The notes under the pieces were generated by a model that saw only the letters and a program-made list of their open reading frames with translations, was not told where the DNA came from and searched no databases. A program made the position numbers and the translations under genes. DNA of 64,000 nucleotides, taken from contig MUCR01000017.1 in assembly GCA_002816455.1 (NCBI GenBank), forward strand, positions 6,702 to 70,701, in the 5' to 3' direction. Source of the stretch: SAR202 cluster bacterium Io17-Chloro-G4. GTDB lineage: Bacteria > Chloroflexota > Dehalococcoidia > Lucifugimonadales > UBA3495. This document shows positions 52,562 through 61,792 of this stretch, piece by piece (position 1 is the stretch's first letter; every line of letters begins with the position of its first letter).

Positions 52562-53155
52562 ATGGACCCTTTTGTAAAGCTTACTGGAGTAGCCGCTCCT
52601 CTAGACCGGGTCAACGTGGACACGGACCAAATTATCCCGGCTGTACACCTGAAAAGCATCGAGCGCACCGGGTTTGGCAAGCATTTGTTTGAGCCGTGGC
52701 GCTTTAACGCCAACGGTAGTCCCGTCCCCGATTTTGTCTTAAACAAACCGGCTTACAGCAATGCGTCCGTGTTGGTGGCTGGCCGGAATTTCGGCTGTGG
52801 CTCGTCCCGGGAGCACGCTCCTTGGGCCTTAAGCGACTATGGAATCAAGTGCGTTATCGCCCCCAGCTTTGCTGACATCTTCTTCAGTAACTGCTTCCAA
52901 AACGGTCTGCTGCCCTTGGCGCTCCCCGAAGAGCAAGTCCGGGAGATTTTGGACCACGCCACAGCAAATCCTGGTGTCGAACTAACGGTGGACTTGGAGG
53001 GGCAGCGTGTTTGGTCTGAGGATGAGAAAATCTCGATTACTTTTGAGGTTGACTCCGCCCGCCGTCACGCGCTTCTAAACGGCCTCGACAACATAGGGTT
53101 AACTTTGGAGCACGAAGACAAGATTTCGGCTTTCGAGAGTTCCAGAGGGCTGTAA
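52562..53155 (+). CDS. leuD: 3-isopropylmalate dehydratase small subunit
   Basis: Contains NVDTDQIIP and [17 protein letters not shown]. Confidence 0.95.
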   Translation: MDPFVKLTGVAAPLDRVNVDTDQIIPAVHLKSIERTGFGKHLFEPWRFNANGSPVPDFVLNKPAYSNASVLVAGRNFGCGSSREHAPWALSDYGIKCVIAPSFADIFFSNCFQNGLLPLALPEEQVREILDHATANPGVELTVDLEGQRVWSEDEKISITFEVDSARRHALLNGLDNIGLTLEHEDKISAFESSRGL

Positions 53156-53181
53156 GTTACTGGCGTGACAGCCAATCAGAG

Positions 53182-53496
53182 CTAGCCTGTTTTTGATGTC
53201 TTTTGCATATCGGCGAGCCACTTTTTAAATGAGTGCTGGCTCTCGCCCGAGGGCTTCCCAGCCAATAGATTTTCAATGCTGATGTCTTCGTCCAAGTCTG
53301 GCCAGTGCAGACCTTCGCCAGCGCCGATCAGTCTCCAATTGATTCGCTGTTCGTGGGTTCCATGCACCAGCCTGGGGTACCAAGCGAGCGGGACTGATAC
53401 GCTGCGTCCATCGACCAAGTCAACTTTCAAAGAGTCTTGATCGATTTCAACACCATGGGCTCGGATTTCGATTATTTCACCGATTGAAATAAACAT
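53182..53496 (-). CDS. DUF2442-family protein
   Basis: LKVDLVDGRSVSVPLAWYPRL...INWRLIGAGEGLHWPDLDEDISIENLL fits the family. Confidence 0.75.
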   Translation of the reverse strand: MFISIGEIIEIRAHGVEIDQDSLKVDLVDGRSVSVPLAWYPRLVHGTHEQRINWRLIGAGEGLHWPDLDEDISIENLLAGKPSGESQHSFKKWLADMQKTSKTG

Positions 53497-53722
53497 CCCA
53501 CCTATTCAGTAATCGTTCCAGGTTTTCTTCCACAATATCAATTATACGATTTATACGATTTATTTCGTTTCTCCTAAAGCCATTGCTGCGTTGAAGCCGA
53601 ACCGGGTCCAGCCAAATCTTCGCAGTATTGCTGTCCCGTTCTACATGAACATGAGGCGGTTCAAGTCGATCCCCTGCATAGAAAAAGAATCGGAACGGCC
53701 CTGTTCGCAATACGGTTGGCAT
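53477..53722 (-). CDS. DUF4160-family protein
   Basis: MPTVLRTGPFRFFFYAGDRLEPPHVHVERD fits the family. It overlaps the DUF2442 gene by 20 nt. Confidence 0.8.
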   Translation of the reverse strand: MPTVLRTGPFRFFFYAGDRLEPPHVHVERDSNTAKIWLDPVRLQRSNGFRRNEINRINRIIDIVEENLERLLNRWDVYFNR

Positions 53723-53771
53723 TTACGTCTCCGGAATCAGCCGTTGGGAGGCCTCGACGCTGCGCTGGCGA

Positions 53772-55145
53772 CTATCGGGCCTTTACGGGCGGAGGGAAGG
53801 CCTCCGAGACCTGTTGCTGGAAGTCGGTCTCGTAGCGCTGCATCCTGCCTTGGCGCACTTGCTCATCCAATGACGGCCTCTGCACCGGACGGGGATCAAC
53901 CGGGGCGTATCCAATGATTCCTTGCCGTTCCAAATCCGCCATTTCCGCATCGCTGCGGCACAGTAGCTCGCCTAGAACCAGCTTGTTGTGCTCGCCCATT
54001 AATGGCGCCGCTTGGCCGGGCACTGCTGGAGAGCCCGGCAGTTTCCACGGTCGGCTGGCGTAGGGCAGGGGAGGTATGTCGGTGATGCTGTTATGGGAAA
54101 CGACCTCGTAGAATCCTCGCTCTTTCAGGTGAGGATCGAAAAGTAAATCTTTGCTATCCAAGACCGCCCCGGCTGAGACGCCGTCGCCTTGAAGCTGTTT
54201 CATCAATTCGTGGGCCTGCCATTTTCCGGTTTCCCCGGCCAGCAATCCGTCCAACTCCAAACGATTGGTCCACCGGGCCAATTGATGGGAAAACCGCTGG
54301 TCATTAGCCCACTCCTCCCGGCCTAAAATCCGGCAGAGCGCACGCCATTGGTCGTCGTCTTTGGCAGCAATGGCTATCCATAGGTCGTCGCCCTGGCAGG
54401 GGTAGCAACCGTGGGGAGAAATAGTTGGATGCTGGTTGCCCATCCGGGGCTGAATTCGGCCATTGACGGTGAAATCCATCAGGGCCTCAGGGATAGTGGC
54501 GCTGGCGGTCTGGGTCTGGGAAATGTCCACGAACTGACCCTGCCCCGTGCGCAGCCGGTGCATCAAAGCCGCCATCACCGCATAAACGGTGTGCTCCCCG
54601 GCGGTGTAGTCTGTGTAGGGAATCTCGGGCATTGCCGGTGGGCCGTCGGCATATCCGGTCATATAGGCCATACCTGACGCGCCTTCGGTGGACGGGCCGG
54701 TTGCCCCGAAGCCGGACCAAGGACCGGTATAGCCGAAGCCGGTGGACGATACCATGATGATGTCGGGCCGGATTTTTCTCAGGTCAGCATACTCCAGCTT
54801 GAAATTCTTGATGACCCTGGGCGTAAAGTTCTCGGCAAAGACGTCGCTTATGGACACCAACTGCCTGAGTATTGAGAGACCCTCCGCATTGTTCAGGTCC
54901 AGGGTTATGCCCAGCTTATTTCTGTTTTGCTCGTAGAAGTTTGCGCCGCGGTTCCAAAATTCTCCCGAAACGTCGTTTAAGTAAACCGAATCGCCACGGT
55001 AGCTTTCCAACCGCTCGCAGGACTCCATCCGGATCACCTGAGCCCCCATGTCCGCCAGCATTTTCATGGCCCAAGGGATGGCTATTAGCTGGCCCATCTC
55101 GATAATCCGCACGCCCCTTAGCGGCGCCTCTAGCGGCTGGGACAC
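53772..55145 (-). CDS. Family III CoA-transferase, catalytic Asp present
   Basis: PYTDYTAGEH (Asp179) aligns with CaiB PYTADYFSG. 457 aa. Confidence 0.85.
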   Translation of the reverse strand: MSQPLEAPLRGVRIIEMGQLIAIPWAMKMLADMGAQVIRMESCERLESYRGDSVYLNDVSGEFWNRGANFYEQNRNKLGITLDLNNAEGLSILRQLVSISDVFAENFTPRVIKNFKLEYADLRKIRPDIIMVSSTGFGYTGPWSGFGATGPSTEGASGMAYMTGYADGPPAMPEIPYTDYTAGEHTVYAVMAALMHRLRTGQGQFVDISQTQTASATIPEALMDFTVNGRIQPRMGNQHPTISPHGCYPCQGDDLWIAIAAKDDDQWRALCRILGREEWANDQRFSHQLARWTNRLELDGLLAGETGKWQAHELMKQLQGDGVSAGAVLDSKDLLFDPHLKERGFYEVVSHNSITDIPPLPYASRPWKLPGSPAVPGQAAPLMGEHNKLVLGELLCRSDAEMADLERQGIIGYAPVDPRPVQRPSLDEQVRQGRMQRYETDFQQQVSEAFPPPVKAR

Positions 55146-55147
55146 GG

Positions 55148-56347
55148 CTAAATGACCTCCATAGCGCGCATTCGGGCCAAGTCCTCACCAGCGCACCCCA
55201 ATCTTTCTTGAAACACCGAACTGTTGTGTTGCCCCAGAGTTGGTGCGGGTCTAATTGCATTCCAGGGAGTGCCTTCCATCAGGAAGGGAGCGCCGGGATA
55301 GGTGATCAGCCCTGTCACCGGGTGGTCTATCTCCACAAAGTAGCCCCTATGCCGGAACTGCTCGTCGGCCAAGACTTCTTCTGGAGACTGGATCACGCCG
55401 TAAATGAATCGCTTTTCGTGGGCGGCGAAGAACATATCGAACTTTTTCTTGGTCCGGAATATACGATCCAAGATATCCCCCAACTCCTCAGCGTTGGCTA
55501 GACGGGCTGAAGGTGTGCTGAACTTGTCGTCGTCCAGTTCCGGTGCCTCCAAGAAGTCAACCACCCCGTTCCAATTGAGTCCGGCGCCAATGCCGGGGTT
55601 GGGGAGAATGTAGCCGTCCGAGGTTTGGCGTATTCGGGTTAGGTCGCCGCTGTGGTTGGGCTGGCGGCGCCGCACCGCTCCAGTATTAGTGTAATTGTTG
55701 ACCACGTCTCTCAGTCCGGAAGCGATGGACTCTTGTATTGACACGTCCACATGCTGGCCTTCCCCGGTGAGGCGCTGGTGGTACATGGCCATCAAAGTAG
55801 CCGAAGCGGCATTGGTGCCGGCCTTGAACTGGGCTTGGTGTAGGGCATGTTTTAGGGGTTCCCTGTCGTAGCTGCCGAAAATATACATGAGCCCGCCCAA
55901 GGCGTACTCCACAATGTCGTTGGCTTTGTAATCACGGTAGGGCCCGTTCTGGCCGAAGTTGGAGATTGAAACCACAACCAGAGATGGATTTATCTCCTCG
56001 AGAGTTGGGTAATCCAGTCCCAAAGACGGCATTACTGTGGGAGCAAAATTCTCCACCAAGACGTCCGAGTCCCGCACCAATTCTTTGAGCATTTTCAGGC
56101 CACGGGGCGTTTTCAAGTTGAGGGTGACGCCCTGCTTACTGGTGTTGAGGTAGAGAAAGAGAAGGCTATTATCAGGACCGGTCTCGTCGTGGTAGAACGG
56201 TGGTATACGCCGGGCTGGGTCGCCACCGGGACGCTCCACCTTCACCACGTCTGCGCCAAAATCCGCCAGCAGCTTGGTGCAGTACGGACCGGCGACGTGG
56301 TGGGTAAGGTCCAGTACCTTAACCCCCTCAAGGGCTCCCTGGGCCAT
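55148..56347 (-). CDS. Family III CoA-transferase paralog with Gln at the catalytic-Asp position
   Basis: Contains VKVLDLTHHVAGPYCTKLLADFGADVVKVERPGG. The aligned segment reads LHQAQFKAGT (Gln173). Its stop lies 2 nt before the next CoA-transferase start. Confidence 0.85.
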   Translation of the reverse strand: MAQGALEGVKVLDLTHHVAGPYCTKLLADFGADVVKVERPGGDPARRIPPFYHDETGPDNSLLFLYLNTSKQGVTLNLKTPRGLKMLKELVRDSDVLVENFAPTVMPSLGLDYPTLEEINPSLVVVSISNFGQNGPYRDYKANDIVEYALGGLMYIFGSYDREPLKHALHQAQFKAGTNAASATLMAMYHQRLTGEGQHVDVSIQESIASGLRDVVNNYTNTGAVRRRQPNHSGDLTRIRQTSDGYILPNPGIGAGLNWNGVVDFLEAPELDDDKFSTPSARLANAEELGDILDRIFRTKKKFDMFFAAHEKRFIYGVIQSPEEVLADEQFRHRGYFVEIDHPVTGLITYPGAPFLMEGTPWNAIRPAPTLGQHNSSVFQERLGCAGEDLARMRAMEVI

Positions 56348-56440
56348 TATTTCTCCTGGTCAGATGGGTTACTCCAGCGTTACAGGCCGATGTGTCGCTG
56401 AGGGTCTTTTGAATATCCAAATGTGGAAAATATCCAAGCT

Positions 56441-56848
56441 GATGGTTCGACAAGCTCACCACGAACGGGTTCGCGATGCACCAATCGGCCGTCTTGAGTT
56501 CGACTAGTGACTCATCACGAACTAGACACCTAAATACCAACCGTCCGCCCTGAGCCCGTCGGAGGGCCGCCATCTTGGGGTGAGGTTAGGTTAGGGCTCA
56601 CCAAGGACAATGGCTCCACCAACCGTTTATCCCAAGCCTACCTAAGCGCAATTCCACCTAGGGATGGTTCGACAAACTCACCACGAACGGTATGTAACGG
56701 AATCGTTTTGTCCCAAGCCTACCTAAGCGCAATTCCAACTAGGGATGGTTCGACAAGCTCACCACGAACGGGGTCTTGATTCACCAACCGGCCGCCCGGA
56801 GTTCGACAAGCCTGTCCTGAGTTCGTCGAAGGGCTCACCACGAACGGG
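56441..56848. repeat. Array of REP-like family 1 elements (copies at 56441-56468, 56663-56690, 56744-56772, 56799-56848), including an 81-bp-period duplication
   Basis: GATGGTTCGACAA[G/A]CTCACCACGAACGG occurs three times. The 61-mer TCCCAAGCCTACCTAAGCGCAATTCCA.CTAGGGATGGTTCGACAA.CTCACCACGAACGG is repeated at 56630 and 56711 with 2 mismatches. Confidence 0.85.
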
Positions 56849-56871
56849 TTGTAACGGTATCGTTCTCAGTC

Positions 56872-57234
56872 CTAGCCCTGGGGATAGGTCAGTTTCAGCA
56901 GGACGTGCCGCCGGTTTTTGGTGTAGGGGCGGACCTGCTCCGGCCAACGTCCCAGCTCTACGGCTTCACCCCATTCGGCGCTGGTCAGCACGTCCGGGCT
57001 GTCCAGCTCATACATAGCGTGGTAAGTGGGCTCGCTCTCCAAAATTACCGAACGGGTCTCCCCACCAATGAGAACCGAGAACTTCTGTTTTTCTAAGCGG
57101 GTAATCCGTCCCACTCCCGGTACCTTTGAAAGCTCTGGGCAGTGCTCGGTGTCATATACGTCGTTAAATAACGCCGCTTTTTCCGGGTCTACGTCCATGC
57201 TGGCTATAAATAAATACTTGGATTGTTGAGCCAT
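56872..57234 (-). CDS. Hypothetical protein, 120 aa (possibly a small alpha+beta barrel, EthD/Dabb-like)
   Basis: A good SD (AAGGAG) precedes the ATG and the composition is protein-like. The family assignment is only a guess. Confidence 0.45.
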   Translation of the reverse strand: MAQQSKYLFIASMDVDPEKAALFNDVYDTEHCPELSKVPGVGRITRLEKQKFSVLIGGETRSVILESEPTYHAMYELDSPDVLTSAEWGEAVELGRWPEQVRPYTKNRRHVLLKLTYPQG

Positions 57235-57267
57235 CGTTGATCTCCTTGGGATAGATGTCGAATAGCT

Positions 57268-58914
57268 TTAAAACGCTCTGCGATGAGACGCCTGTGTTTC
57301 CGATGAGGTGATGAACTCCAAAAGCACGGCATTGCCTTCCTGCTCGGTCACTTCCCGGGCGCGCTTGAAAGCCGGAATTATTTCCTCTGGGTCTTCGATA
57401 CGCTCCGCATAGCCGCCCATGGCTCGGCCCAAATCGGCGTAGTTCCCGCCCAAGTCCCGGGTGTTGTACAGATCATGGGAGGCCGCCATTTGAGTAGTTT
57501 CAGCGGCCATGGTGGAGTTGTTCAGCACCACGGTTATTATGGGCAGCCGGGAGCGCACGGAGGTCTCAAAATCCAGACCAGTCATGCCGAAGGCGGCGTC
57601 CCCCATGAAGTTGACGCATACTTTGTCCGGTTGGGCCATCTTGGCGCCAATGACCAAGCCCAGACCGGTGCCCAGGCCGTGGGACTTGCCCCAACCCAGG
57701 TAGGTCCTGGGGCCGTTCGACCGGTAAAAAGGGATGATTTGGTCCCGGGGGCTGCCGGAATCGTGGGTAACGATGGCGTCCTGCGGGGGTATCGCCTGCA
57801 TGAAATCGTTTATCACCCGGTAGGGGTTTATCGGCCTTCCGCTGTCGGTCAGCTTGCTCTGCCATTGGCCGAGGAAGGCGTCCCGCTCGGATTTAATCTC
57901 CTGTGCTGTGGAGTCGTTGTTGCTGCGCGAGTCGCCTACAATTTCCTGGCAGGCTTCAATCATTTGGCGCAGTACCAGTTTGGCGTCTCCCACTATGGGG
58001 AAATCAATGTTGTAATCTTTATTTATATCTCGGGGGTCGTTGGTGGCCTGTATCAATGTCTTTCCGCTGGGAATGTTCATGCACATTCCGTGCTTGGTGA
58101 GACTAGAGCCAATGCCGAAAATCAAATCCGACCGGCCCACAAAATGGAAAACCGGACCGGGCATAACTAGGGCTCCCGTGCCCAAGGACAAGGGATGGAC
58201 TTCCGGGAACCCGCTCTTGCCCAGCAGAGTGGTCATTACCGGCACTTGCAGTAGCTCGGCCAGCTCGACCAATTCGTCTGTGGCATTGGCATACATCAGT
58301 CCCTGACCGGCAAGAATCACCGGATACCTGGCACTGCACAAAGCGCGGGCTGCCGCTTCAACGTCTTGATCGTCTCCCTTGGAGGCCACCTTCCTGCTGG
58401 GCCGGTAGAAGAAAGCTTCTTCGGCAACGTCATCCATGGCCACGTCAATGGGAACCTCCACCAGTACCGGTCCGGGACGTCCTTGCCGCAAAGCGGAGAA
58501 TGCCCGGCGCATTACTTCTGAGGTCCTATCGGCGGTATTGATCTGCTCGACCGACTTGGTGATCCCAGCGAACGCAGTCACCGAGTTGAAATGGGGCTGG
58601 ATGCCGGTCCGCTCTTTGGGGTGGCCGGTTGGCATGATCAAGATGGGCGAGGAGTCGGAAAAAGCGGTGGCAACGCCCGAGTAGGCGTTTTCCGCTCCGG
58701 GACCGTACTGGACCACTACGACGCCAATCTTTTCGCCGTTCGTCGCTCGGCTGTAGCCGTCAGCGATGCCGATGCCGACTCTTTCTTGGCGGCAGATGAC
58801 GGGACGGATGCCCCCTTGGGCGGCCGATTCCAGAATAGGAGTGGTGGGGAAGCAACTCAGATACTCTACTCCTTCCCGTTTAAGAATTTCGGTGATGGTG
58901 TCGATCGTATTCAT
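57268..58914 (-). CDS. Thiamine-diphosphate-dependent enzyme (acetolactate-synthase-like)
   Basis: Contains GVEYLSCFP, YGPGAENA and the ThDP motif GDAAFGMTG...NN. The start was chosen at ATG 58914 after AAGGAG. Confidence 0.85.
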   Translation of the reverse strand: MNTIDTITEILKREGVEYLSCFPTTPILESAAQGGIRPVICRQERVGIGIADGYSRATNGEKIGVVVVQYGPGAENAYSGVATAFSDSSPILIMPTGHPKERTGIQPHFNSVTAFAGITKSVEQINTADRTSEVMRRAFSALRQGRPGPVLVEVPIDVAMDDVAEEAFFYRPSRKVASKGDDQDVEAAARALCSARYPVILAGQGLMYANATDELVELAELLQVPVMTTLLGKSGFPEVHPLSLGTGALVMPGPVFHFVGRSDLIFGIGSSLTKHGMCMNIPSGKTLIQATNDPRDINKDYNIDFPIVGDAKLVLRQMIEACQEIVGDSRSNNDSTAQEIKSERDAFLGQWQSKLTDSGRPINPYRVINDFMQAIPPQDAIVTHDSGSPRDQIIPFYRSNGPRTYLGWGKSHGLGTGLGLVIGAKMAQPDKVCVNFMGDAAFGMTGLDFETSVRSRLPIITVVLNNSTMAAETTQMAASHDLYNTRDLGGNYADLGRAMGGYAERIEDPEEIIPAFKRAREVTEQEGNAVLLEFITSSETQASHRRAF

Positions 58915-59078
58915 CCGCTGGGCTCCTTTCAGCAATTTGTTCGGCGCAAAGAGTCTCAGGATTTATGGTTGGATACTGCTCAACCCAGGCAAGTAAATAC
59001 CCGCCGCCGGCTCAACAGCAGCACGAGTATACCACTAGTGTGGAAGCCCGAATATTGCGATCTTCAGGGTAATGAAGT

Positions 59079-59107
59079 CCCCCTTTCGTAAAGGGGGATT
59101 TAGGGGG
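59079..59107. repeat. Repeat family 5 (CCCCCTTTCGTAAAGGGGG-ATTTA-GGGGG)
   Basis: A palindrome followed by a second G-run, with the same architecture as the element inside the ACAD gene at 28394. It overlaps the stop codon of the ketopantoate-reductase-like gene. Confidence 0.75.
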
Positions 59108-60038
59108 ATTTCGCCCCGGCCTCGATCCTGGCCGCGGCTGGCTTTAAGATCGCGTATAGCGCGTCGTTTACCGGCGTGGCTATTCCCGCTTCTTTGCCCA
59201 AACGGACCACCGTCCCGGTCATGCCCTCTAGTTCTACAGGGCGGTTCTCGGTGAAATCTTTGGCCAGTGATGCCCTTCCTTGGCCGGGAAAGCCGTCCAG
59301 AGAGTTCATGGCCCAGTCCAGCGAGTCATCCATAATGGGAGCGCCCATGGCCCGCCCCAAGGCCAGGACTTCTTCTATCGCGGCTTGGATTAACGCCCTC
59401 GTTTCGGGGATGGACCGCATCTCCTCGTAAACAGAGTTGGTCGCTGCGCAAACGGCGGCCGAACCAGCGATGTAGGCGAACTTTTTCCAGAGCATTCCAG
59501 GCATGTTTTCGTGCAACTCCACTCGCCAACCTGCGTCCAGAAACACCGGTAACAGCCGCTGTCCCCTTTCACTCAGTACCGGTTCCATCTCGCCAAAGCC
59601 AGCAATTCCGGGACCGCCTTGAGTCACCACTCCCGGCTCTTTGATGCGGCCTTCCATGAAAGCCGTCCCTATCATCACCGGCGCTGCGCCGATGGTTTTG
59701 GCAATCTGGTTGCCGTTGTCGATGCCGTTCTGCAGGGTCAAGACAACGGTGTCCGGCCCGACCATGGGGCGCGCTGCCTCGATTGCCTGGGCATTGTGGT
59801 ACATCTTGACCGTGAATAGGACCAAGTCCTGGACACCCGCCGATTGGGTATCTTCCAGAGCGCTGCCCGGCGCCTCAAAATCGCCGTCCAAAACGCTTTC
59901 CACCGTCAGGTATCCGTTCCTGCGGATTGCATCCAAGTGGGCGCCTCGAGCGACGAAGGAAACGTCGTGCCCACCACGAGCCAGCAACCCACCGAAATAG
60001 CCACCCACGCCGCCGGTCCCCATCACCGCAACTTTCAT
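59100..60038 (-). CDS. panE: 2-dehydropantoate 2-reductase (ApbA/PanE family)
   Basis: MKVAVMGTGGVGGYFGG Rossmann motif, 312 aa, with the C-terminal ApbA_C-like helical domain. Confidence 0.8.
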   Translation of the reverse strand: MKVAVMGTGGVGGYFGGLLARGGHDVSFVARGAHLDAIRRNGYLTVESVLDGDFEAPGSALEDTQSAGVQDLVLFTVKMYHNAQAIEAARPMVGPDTVVLTLQNGIDNGNQIAKTIGAAPVMIGTAFMEGRIKEPGVVTQGGPGIAGFGEMEPVLSERGQRLLPVFLDAGWRVELHENMPGMLWKKFAYIAGSAAVCAATNSVYEEMRSIPETRALIQAAIEEVLALGRAMGAPIMDDSLDWAMNSLDGFPGQGRASLAKDFTENRPVELEGMTGTVVRLGKEAGIATPVNDALYAILKPAAARIEAGAKSP

Positions 60039-60067
60039 GTTAATTGAACCTCCGCATTAGCTGTCAG

Positions 60068-61627
60068 CTAACTCCCGTGCTGCTCACGTAGGTCCCTTTT
60101 AAGCACTTTACCCATAACGTTACGGGGCAACTCGTCTACGAAAACTACCGAGCGGGGACGTTTGAAGCTGGCCAACTTGTCCTGACAGTATTGGACCACC
60201 TCTTCCTCGCTGACCCCACCGGCGCGGGAGACCACCACCGCCCGCACTTCCTCTCCCCACTCAACGTCTGGGATGCCGATGACCGCCGCATCGTCAACTT
60301 GGGGATGGGACATGAGGACCTGCTCCACCTCTTCCGGGGACACCATTTCGCCGCCTCGTTTAATGAAGTCTTTGGCTCGGCCTGACAAGAAAATGTAGTC
60401 GTCCTGATCTTGGTAGCCCAAGTCTCCGGTGTAAATCCAGCCGGAGCGAATTGCGTCTTTGGTTGCGGCCTCTTCCCGCCAATAGCCGCTCATCATTCGG
60501 CTGCCCCTTGCTACAATCTCCCCGACCTCCCCGGTAGGCACCGCGGCGCCGTCTTCATCCACGATCTGCACTTCCACATCTTCCAAGGGCTTGCCGATAG
60601 AGGTCAAACGCTTCAGCTTGGTCTCGATTTCCTCCGGGGTGCCTTCCATTACGTGGTCCTCGGGAGGCAGCATAGTGATGGTGGATGCCGTCTCGGTCTG
60701 ACCGAAGGCGTTGATGAAGCGGGCCCCGGGAAATTCCTCGATAGCTCGACGTATAACCTCCACCGGCATTGGAGCGGCCCCGTAGGTGATGACATCTAGA
60801 GAAGAAAGGTCGAACTCGTGAAAGCGCGGATGGTCCATCAATTGCTTCAGCATCGTCGGCACCAGCATAGCCCGGTCTGCTCCATGCTCTTGGACCAATC
60901 CCATCCATTCAACTGGATCGAACTGGCGCATGATGATCAGCGTGCGGCCTCCGTAGACCGCCGCCAAAGACGCTTGCAGGCCGGCGACGTGGTACAGGGG
61001 CACGGTCAGGAGATTGGACTCCTCAATCTCCGGGTCGGCTGGATTTACCGTGGACAGCAGGAATGAGGAAAAACTGTCGTGGGTGAGCATCACCCCTTTG
61101 GGAACGCCGGTGGTGCCTGCGGTGAACATAATAACGGTGGTTTCATCATCCTCGGCTTCAGGAAAGATCATTTCGTCATCGGATGCGCCGGCCAACAGAC
61201 CTTCGTAAGATTCCCTTCCATCAGTGCCTTCGCCGTCAAGGATAATTATCTGGTCCGATGAAATGCCTAAATTTGATCCACCGCCAGAACGAACTAGGGA
61301 AAGATAGCGCTCCCCGATGAAGAGGAGGCTGGGCTGGGCGATGTTCAACATTTGATCAAGCTCTTCGGTCTTGGCCCGGAAGTTTATGGGCACGTAAATG
61401 GCGTCTAGTTGGGCCGTGGCGAAGTAAACCTCGATGGCTTGATTACAATTCACCTGCATGAAGGCTACCCGGTCGCCTCGCCCGACGCCCCGGTCCGCCA
61501 TGGCATTGGCCAGCCGATTAGACCGCTGTTGCAACTCCATGAACGACACCGCCTCGCCGTCGAAGTGAATGGCGGTGCGGTCGGGCACGATTGCTCCGGA
61601 AATCATGAGGAATTCGTTGGTCCGCAT
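60068..61627 (-). CDS. AMP-dependent acyl-CoA synthetase/ligase (ANL superfamily)
   Basis: Contains FTAGTTGVPKGV, GYWREEE, YTGDLG and KRGGEMVS. Confidence 0.85.
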   Translation of the reverse strand: MRTNEFLMISGAIVPDRTAIHFDGEAVSFMELQQRSNRLANAMADRGVGRGDRVAFMQVNCNQAIEVYFATAQLDAIYVPINFRAKTEELDQMLNIAQPSLLFIGERYLSLVRSGGGSNLGISSDQIIILDGEGTDGRESYEGLLAGASDDEMIFPEAEDDETTVIMFTAGTTGVPKGVMLTHDSFSSFLLSTVNPADPEIEESNLLTVPLYHVAGLQASLAAVYGGRTLIIMRQFDPVEWMGLVQEHGADRAMLVPTMLKQLMDHPRFHEFDLSSLDVITYGAAPMPVEVIRRAIEEFPGARFINAFGQTETASTITMLPPEDHVMEGTPEEIETKLKRLTSIGKPLEDVEVQIVDEDGAAVPTGEVGEIVARGSRMMSGYWREEAATKDAIRSGWIYTGDLGYQDQDDYIFLSGRAKDFIKRGGEMVSPEEVEQVLMSHPQVDDAAVIGIPDVEWGEEVRAVVVSRAGGVSEEEVVQYCQDKLASFKRPRSVVFVDELPRNVMGKVLKRDLREQHGS

Positions 61628-61792
61628 CTAGTGGACTCCTAGTTGTGCTTTGATGCGGGAAATAGGCAAGCCGTTTAAGTGGGCTCTGCCGAACCGCTGG
61701 GTAATTATGCCATATAGCAAACAAGTCCAGAACCCTACTAGGGGCGATACGAAACTCATCTGTTGTTCCGGCTTAGAAAAACGGCAAAGTGG

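Noticed and set aside
56441-56848. Possible CRISPR array, because of a repeated ~28-nt motif with spacers.
   Set aside because: Repeat spacing is irregular (about 220, 81 and 55 bp) and the copies are imperfect. The 'spacers' are themselves duplicated. The same motif is dispersed singly across the window in both orientations, and no cas genes are present.
56274-57017. ORFs 56274-56507, 56328-56573, 56745-57017 and 56759-56947 in the intergenic repeat array.
   Set aside because: Their sequences (MVRQAHHER..., ...FDKPVLSSSKG...) are simply translations of the REP-like repeats. The same peptide strings recur wherever the repeat occurs.
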